Shown in pieces: positions 58,983 to 64,000 of a DNA stretch of 64,000 nt. The DNA comes from Hyphomonadaceae bacterium. Lineage in GTDB: Bacteria; Pseudomonadota; Alphaproteobacteria; Caulobacterales; Hyphomonadaceae. Below the pieces are notes generated by a model that saw only the letters and a list, made by a program, of their open reading frames with translations, searched no databases and was not told the origin of the DNA. How positions within the stretch are numbered: position 1 is the stretch's first letter; every line of letters begins with the position of its first letter. The DNA is taken from assembly GCA_041398245.1 (NCBI GenBank), contig JAWKVC010000013.1, positions 4,104-68,103 of the forward strand, read 5' to 3'. The position numbers and the translations under genes were made by a program.

Positions 58983-60455
58983 TCAATGATTCGCCTGGGG
59001 CGCGGCCCCGGACTCTCCCGGCCCGAGAACAGCTTCGATCGCGGGCTGATCTTCCTGCGGATCGGCAAGCAGGCCTTCCCATTTCGCAATCACAGCACAG
59101 GCGATTGAATTGCCGATAACATTTGTCGCCGTTCGCCCCATGTCCATGAAGGCATCGACGGCGAGCACCAGCGCGATCCACGCCGGATCCATTCCCATCG
59201 CCGGCAGCGTTGCGGAAATCACCACGAGCGAGGCGCGCGGCACGCCGGCAATGCCCTTCGATGTGACCATTAGCAGCAGCAGCATTCCGATCTGCTGTTC
59301 GAGGGTCAGCGGGATGCCCATGGCCTGCGCGATGAACATCACCGCGAAGGTGCAGTACATCATCGAGCCGTCGAGATTGAACGAGTAGCCGAGCGGCAGC
59401 ACGAAAGACACGACACGGTTGGCGATGCCATGCCGTTCCAGCTGCTCAAGCAGGCGCGGATACGCCGCCTCCGAACTCGCCGTCGCGAAGGCGAGCAGCC
59501 CCGGCGCGCGCACGTCCCAGATCAGCCTGAAGACGCGTGGCCCGAGGATCAGGAAACCCACCGCGATCAGGAGGCCCCACAGGATGAAGAGCGCGATGAA
59601 GAATGTGCCCACCAGGCGGCCATAGTCGGCGATGACGCCCAGCCCCTGCAGCGAGACGGTGTAGGCGAGCGCGCCGAACACGGCGAGCGGCGCGGCCGCC
59701 ATCACATAGCCGGTCACCTTGAGCATCAGAAACGCGACCTGCTCCATGATCTCGGTGACCCGCGCGGTCTTGTGGCCGAGCGCCTGCAGCGCCATGCCAA
59801 GGAACAGCGACACCACCACGATCTGCAGGATCTCGTTGCGCGCCATGGCGTCGGCGATCGAGGTCGGGAAGACGTGGGTAAGGAACTCGGACACCGAGAA
59901 TGTGCCGGTCGACACCGACGACACGTCGGCCACCGCGGTCTCCAGCGTGACCGGGAAGTTCACCCCCGGCTTCAGCAGGTTCACGAGGGTCAGGCCCAGC
60001 GCCAGCGAAGCGAGGGAGGCTGTGATGAACCATCCCATGGTTCGCGCGCCGATCCGCCCGACGGCCGCGCCGCCGCCCAGATGGGCGATCCCGACCGTCA
60101 GCGTCGTGAGCACGAGAGGGGCGACGATCATCTTGATTAGGCGCAGGAAAATATCCGACAGGATCTTGAAATAGCCCGCCATGTCGGTCTGGAATTTTGT
60201 CGGCGCCTTCTCGATTTCGGCCGCCGTCGCCTCGCCATTCTTGTTGCGGTCGGCCTGCGCGAAGGTGATGTCAGCCTCGGCGCGCGAGGCGTTGAACTCG
60301 GTCTCATTGAGGGCGCCGCTGCGGTCCGCGTCGTACGCTGCAATGCGCTGCTCAGCCGCCGCGACCCGGCCGCCGGAGTCGCCGTAAACCAGCGCGCCGA
60401 CAACAACCCCCAGGATCATCGCCACGATCAGGCCGATGAAAATCAAACGCTGCAT
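58983..60455 (-). CDS. Dicarboxylate/amino acid:cation symporter (DAACS, GltP/DctA-like) with EF-hand insertion
   Basis: DAACS core (IFLRLIKMIVAPLVLTTLTVGIA, GIAGVPRASLVVISA). A roughly 60-aa insertion after TM1 carries DADRSGALNETE and DRNKNGEATAAE. Confidence 0.9.
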   Translation of the reverse strand: MQRLIFIGLIVAMILGVVVGALVYGDSGGRVAAAEQRIAAYDADRSGALNETEFNASRAEADITFAQADRNKNGEATAAEIEKAPTKFQTDMAGYFKILSDIFLRLIKMIVAPLVLTTLTVGIAHLGGGAAVGRIGARTMGWFITASLASLALGLTLVNLLKPGVNFPVTLETAVADVSSVSTGTFSVSEFLTHVFPTSIADAMARNEILQIVVVSLFLGMALQALGHKTARVTEIMEQVAFLMLKVTGYVMAAAPLAVFGALAYTVSLQGLGVIADYGRLVGTFFIALFILWGLLIAVGFLILGPRVFRLIWDVRAPGLLAFATASSEAAYPRLLEQLERHGIANRVVSFVLPLGYSFNLDGSMMYCTFAVMFIAQAMGIPLTLEQQIGMLLLLMVTSKGIAGVPRASLVVISATLPAMGMDPAWIALVLAVDAFMDMGRTATNVIGNSIACAVIAKWEGLLADPQEDQPAIEAVLGPGESGAAPQANH

Positions 60456-60569
60456 GCAGTTGGCGCTCCCCGCGACAGGCCGGCGTGCATATCACGCCGT
60501 ATGGCGCTGGCCAGCCTTGGCGTGGCGGCAGGGGCCGGTGCACACTCGATTGCCCAATCCGAGGACACC

Positions 60570-61478
60570 ATGCCCGGCAGCCAGGACTTCGCCGCCGACC
60601 TACGCAACGCCAACCTCAAGGTCTGGCTGAACGGACGGCTCGTGCCGAAGGACGAGGCGAAGGTCTCGATCTTCGACGCAGGCTTCGTGCTGGGCGACGG
60701 CGTGTGGGAGGGGTTGCGCCTGCACAAGGGCGCCCTGCTCTTCCGCGATGCGCATCTTGACCGGCTCTATCGCGGCGCGGCGGATATCGCGCTGGATCTC
60801 GGCCTCACGCGCGAACAGATGATCGCGGCCCTCAATGAGACGCTGGCCGCCAACGGCATGACCGACGGCGCCCATCTGCGCCTGATGGCGACCCGGGGCG
60901 TCAAGGTGGCCGTGAACCAGGACCCGCGCAACGCTCTCGGCGCCGCCACCATCGTGATTGTCGCCGAATACAAACTGCCCAGCCCCGAGATCGTGACCAA
61001 AGGGCTCAACGTCATCACGAGCTCCATCCGCACGACGCCGGCCGACATGTTCGACATGCGGCTCAACTCGCATTCGCGCCTGCCGCTGATCCGCGCCCTG
61101 ATCGATGTGATCCCGACAGGCGGCGATGAGGCGTTGATGCTCGATCCGGCGGGTTTCGTGGCGAGCTGCAACGCAACCAACTTCTTCTGGGTCCGGGACG
61201 GCGAAGTGCGCACGAGCACAGGCGAATTCTGTTTCAACGGCGTCACGCGTGGCAATGTCATCCGGCTTTGCGACGCCAACGGCATCCCGATCCGCCTCGA
61301 TGATTTCCCGCTCAGCGATGTCCACGCCGCCGACGAGGCGTTCGTCACAGGCACATTCGGCGGGATCACGCCGGTGCGCGCGGTGGACGATCACGTGATG
61401 CCGGCGGGCACTCCAGGGCCTGTCACACAACGGCTGCGAGAACTTTATGAAGCGCTGAAGGATGCGGAGGCGCGATGA
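60570..61478 (+). CDS. Class IV (branched-chain/D-amino-acid) aminotransferase family protein
   Basis: VSIFDAGFVLGDGVWEGLRLHKGALLFRDAHLDRLYRGA and ...EAFVTGTFGGITPV match fold-type IV PLP enzymes. Confidence 0.88.
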   Translation: MPGSQDFAADLRNANLKVWLNGRLVPKDEAKVSIFDAGFVLGDGVWEGLRLHKGALLFRDAHLDRLYRGAADIALDLGLTREQMIAALNETLAANGMTDGAHLRLMATRGVKVAVNQDPRNALGAATIVIVAEYKLPSPEIVTKGLNVITSSIRTTPADMFDMRLNSHSRLPLIRALIDVIPTGGDEALMLDPAGFVASCNATNFFWVRDGEVRTSTGEFCFNGVTRGNVIRLCDANGIPIRLDDFPLSDVHAADEAFVTGTFGGITPVRAVDDHVMPAGTPGPVTQRLRELYEALKDAEAR

Positions 61479-62005
61479 GCAGATCGTTGTGCAATCTGAC
61501 GACGGCATTTGCCCTGAGCCTGATGCCCGGTTGCGCGAAATCGATTGACGCACACGTCGAGAGCATATCGCTCGAACATGCGCCTTCGGCCGACGTCTCG
61601 AGCCGCTCGTATCTCGGCCTTACGGAATCCTCTTCGCGGAACGCCGGCGAATACATCGTCGTCCAGTTGACGACATCGGTTGATCTAGCCAGCGAAGCGC
61701 ACAACCTCGATATCGACATGATCGGCTACAGCCTTCATCCATGCGGATCCGACGAAACATACGACGACGTCGGAGACGTTTTTCCGCTTGGAGGCGACCG
61801 GACGCGACATCGCTATGAGGTGCGTCTGCCGACGACATGGGCTCAACTGGGTTGGCGGAAGCCGACCGGCGAGCTGACCAGGGGGTGGCCCCCAGATGTG
61901 GCGAACGCCGGACTCTGCATGAAAATCGGCGGAGGAAATATGATGGGGATGCGTGTCGGGTCAGGCGAACTACGCGTCGACAAGGTCCGCGACTTGTTGA
62001 GATAG
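61475..62005 (+). CDS. Hypothetical lipoprotein
   Basis: Lipobox SLMPGC. ATGA overlap with the aminotransferase gene. No family recognised. Confidence 0.55.
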   Translation: MSRSLCNLTTAFALSLMPGCAKSIDAHVESISLEHAPSADVSSRSYLGLTESSSRNAGEYIVVQLTTSVDLASEAHNLDIDMIGYSLHPCGSDETYDDVGDVFPLGGDRTRHRYEVRLPTTWAQLGWRKPTGELTRGWPPDVANAGLCMKIGGGNMMGMRVGSGELRVDKVRDLLR

Positions 62006-62015
62006 ATATGCTCGA

Positions 62016-62750
62016 ATGACCTCCCCAATCCGCATCGCCATGTGGTCCGGGCCGCGCAACATCTCGACGGCGATGATGCGGTCCTTCGGCGCGCGCGCTG
62101 ACTGCCATGTCGTGGACGAGCCGTTCTACGCCGCTTTCCTTGCCGAAACCGGGATCGATCATCCCCTGCGCGCCGAAACGCTGGCGAGCCAGCCGAACGA
62201 CTGGCGCGATGTGGTTCCGCAACTGCTGGGCCCGACGCCGAACGGCGAGCCGGTGTTCTACCAGAAGCATATGACGCACCATATGCTGCCAGACTTCGGG
62301 CTCGACTGGATGAGTGCGTGCCGCAACGCGTTTCTCATCCGCGATCCAGTGCGCGTGCTCGCCTCCTACACGCAGAAGCGCGAGGAGGTGACGCTTGCCG
62401 ATATCGGCTTCGTGCAGCAGGCGGAGATCTTCGCGCGCGAGGCTGATCGCCTTGGGGCAGCGCCGCCGGTCATCGAGGGCGTTGATGTGCTGCGCGATCC
62501 GGCGGCGACGCTGTCGAAGCTGTGCGCAGCGCTCGATATTCCGTGGACGTCCGACATGCTGTCATGGCCCGCCGGCCGGCGCGACACCGACGGCGTCTGG
62601 GCGCCGGCCTGGTATGATGCGGTCGAAAAATCCACCGGCTTCGGGCCACCGCCGGAAGACAGGCCGGTGAAACTCGCGGATCATCTCCAGCGCATCGCGG
62701 ATGAGGCGCGGCCTCACTACGAAGCGCTGGCGACGTGGAAGATTGTCTGA
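62016..62750 (+). CDS. Sulfotransferase-like / BCAT-like-protein N-domain family protein
   Basis: MWSGPRNISTAMMRSF (P-loop-like 5'-PSB-type motif), FLIRDPVRVLASY and DGVWAPAWYDAVEKSTGF. The family call is from memory. Confidence 0.6.
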   Translation: MTSPIRIAMWSGPRNISTAMMRSFGARADCHVVDEPFYAAFLAETGIDHPLRAETLASQPNDWRDVVPQLLGPTPNGEPVFYQKHMTHHMLPDFGLDWMSACRNAFLIRDPVRVLASYTQKREEVTLADIGFVQQAEIFAREADRLGAAPPVIEGVDVLRDPAATLSKLCAALDIPWTSDMLSWPAGRRDTDGVWAPAWYDAVEKSTGFGPPPEDRPVKLADHLQRIADEARPHYEALATWKIV

Positions 62751-62759
62751 CCGCAGGCG

Positions 62760-63869
62760 TCAGCCCTCGTCGCGGTCACCCTTCTCGGAGATGTTGCGGC
62801 CTTCCCGGTCAGCGGCGCGGCCGCCTTCGAGAATGCCCAGCAGGCCGTGATTGCCCTCATGACAGGCGTATTCGTAGACGTTGTCGTCCACACGGTTGAG
62901 GCCGACCTCGCCTTTCCACACCTGCGTGTACAGCGCCGGATCATTGACCTCGAACTCGTAGAGGATCTGCGAATCCGAATAGCGCGTGAAGCGTTCGATC
63001 ACCTTGCCTGCGGGCGTCAGCAATGCCTGGCTGCCGCCTTCCGGATTCACGTTGATCGTCTCCACCACCAGCGTGTCGCCTTCCCACCAGCCGATCGAGT
63101 CCCCCAGCCACTGGTTGAGCACGGGCGGCTTGTGTTCGGCGTTCAGTGGAATGATGCGCGCGTCGTGCGCCATCTCGACAACGATCACGACATGATCGGG
63201 CGACTGAATGATCTGATAGTTGTTGTTGTAGAGCACGTTCATCATCGGCGGACCGCCCGTGCCGCCGAAGCCGACGATGCAACGCTCGCCCGCGCTGCGC
63301 TCTTCCGGATTGTCATAGCCGGTGCCGCGACCCCGCCCGCCGCGCAGCGACGGCATCAGCTTGCGCCCCTGCTCCGAAACCGGGATCTGCCCGTTCGGCG
63401 GGTCAACGATCCAGGACGTGCGCCACGTGCCTTTGACGTTGGCGTAGGTCGAACCCGGATCGATCCAGAACGAGTTGTAGCCGCGGCCCGAGGCGAGATC
63501 CTTTCCATCTAGAAGACCATCGCCGAGATTCTGGTTGTCGTCCGTCGCCTGACGGATGTTGGAAGGATTGGCCGCGCGCGCCTTCGCCTCTTCCTCGTCG
63601 GTCATCACCAGCGATTTCAGATTGGCCGGCCGCGACATGCGCGTGTTGGATGCGTTCGACCACACGCCCTGCAGGTCCGGCTGGCCGAAGGAGAGGCGCG
63701 GCGCAACAAAGCCCGCCGCAACCCGATCGCCCTCGCTGGCCGGTTTCTCGTTGGGCACAAAGACCCGCGCGCCGGTCTGGGCGGCGGCCTGCGCGGATGC
63801 GGCTCCGGCGCTCCCAACGACCAGCGCAACCGCCATCGCGGCCAGCGAAATGTGGCGCAACCTCAACAT
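62760..63869 (-). CDS. Conserved secreted hypothetical protein
   Basis: Signal peptide MLRLRHISLAAMAVALVVGSAGAASA. 369 aa with YEYACHEGNHG near the C-terminus. No named family recognised. Confidence 0.65.
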   Translation of the reverse strand: MLRLRHISLAAMAVALVVGSAGAASAQAAAQTGARVFVPNEKPASEGDRVAAGFVAPRLSFGQPDLQGVWSNASNTRMSRPANLKSLVMTDEEEAKARAANPSNIRQATDDNQNLGDGLLDGKDLASGRGYNSFWIDPGSTYANVKGTWRTSWIVDPPNGQIPVSEQGRKLMPSLRGGRGRGTGYDNPEERSAGERCIVGFGGTGGPPMMNVLYNNNYQIIQSPDHVVIVVEMAHDARIIPLNAEHKPPVLNQWLGDSIGWWEGDTLVVETINVNPEGGSQALLTPAGKVIERFTRYSDSQILYEFEVNDPALYTQVWKGEVGLNRVDDNVYEYACHEGNHGLLGILEGGRAADREGRNISEKGDRDEG

Positions 63870-64000
63870 GGACGTACCTCCCAGGCATCCTGCCGGCCTG
63901 TCGCCGGTCTCGGGCTCATTGGGACGGATTGTTGCCGAATCCTGGCGCTGGCCACAAGCGGGGCCGCGCGCGGCCCGTCCGGCCCTCGCGCCGATTTGAA

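Overview
This is a high-GC (about 60-65% by eye) alphaproteobacterial chromosomal segment. The near-canonical CtrA, the fliI-fliJ pair beside ctrA, many TonB-dependent functions and frequent lipoproteins suggest a Caulobacterales/Hyphomonadaceae-like marine organism; that placement is inference only. I can support about 63 protein-coding loci: housekeeping (fbp, uvrC, clpB, cobB-type sirtuin, ctrA, fliIJ), two TonB-dependent receptors, a tonB-exbB-exbD-exbD-TPR operon, a TetR-controlled EmrAB-like efflux pair, several TetR/Crp/XRE regulators, acyl-CoA and redox metabolism, an IorAB-like molybdo-dehydrogenase and many secreted hypotheticals. I found no rRNA, tRNA, CRISPR array, transposase, integrase, phage gene or recognisable defence or toxin-antitoxin module, so the window reads as core chromosome rather than an island. 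The main items worth a second look are listed here. (1) A 655-aa periplasmic protein fuses a Cys-less redoxin fold, one CxxCH haem site, a PHM/DBH-like two-copper ligand pattern and an EF-hand pair. (2) A glutamate/dicarboxylate symporter carries an EF-hand pair of the same geometry in its first loop. (3) A secreted, very acidic protein is built from three 64-65-aa two-Cys repeats. (4) A quinohaemoprotein PQQ dehydrogenase has the lanthanide-type D-Y-D signature but is broken at the propeller/cytochrome junction. (5) Six genes are disrupted, including a 1.8-kb tract with a dozen or more frame changes; this is either real decay or sequence error. (6) The ctrA-fliI intergenic region is enriched in GANTC sites and holds a near-consensus CtrA box. 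All family calls come from motif recognition by eye. No database search was possible.
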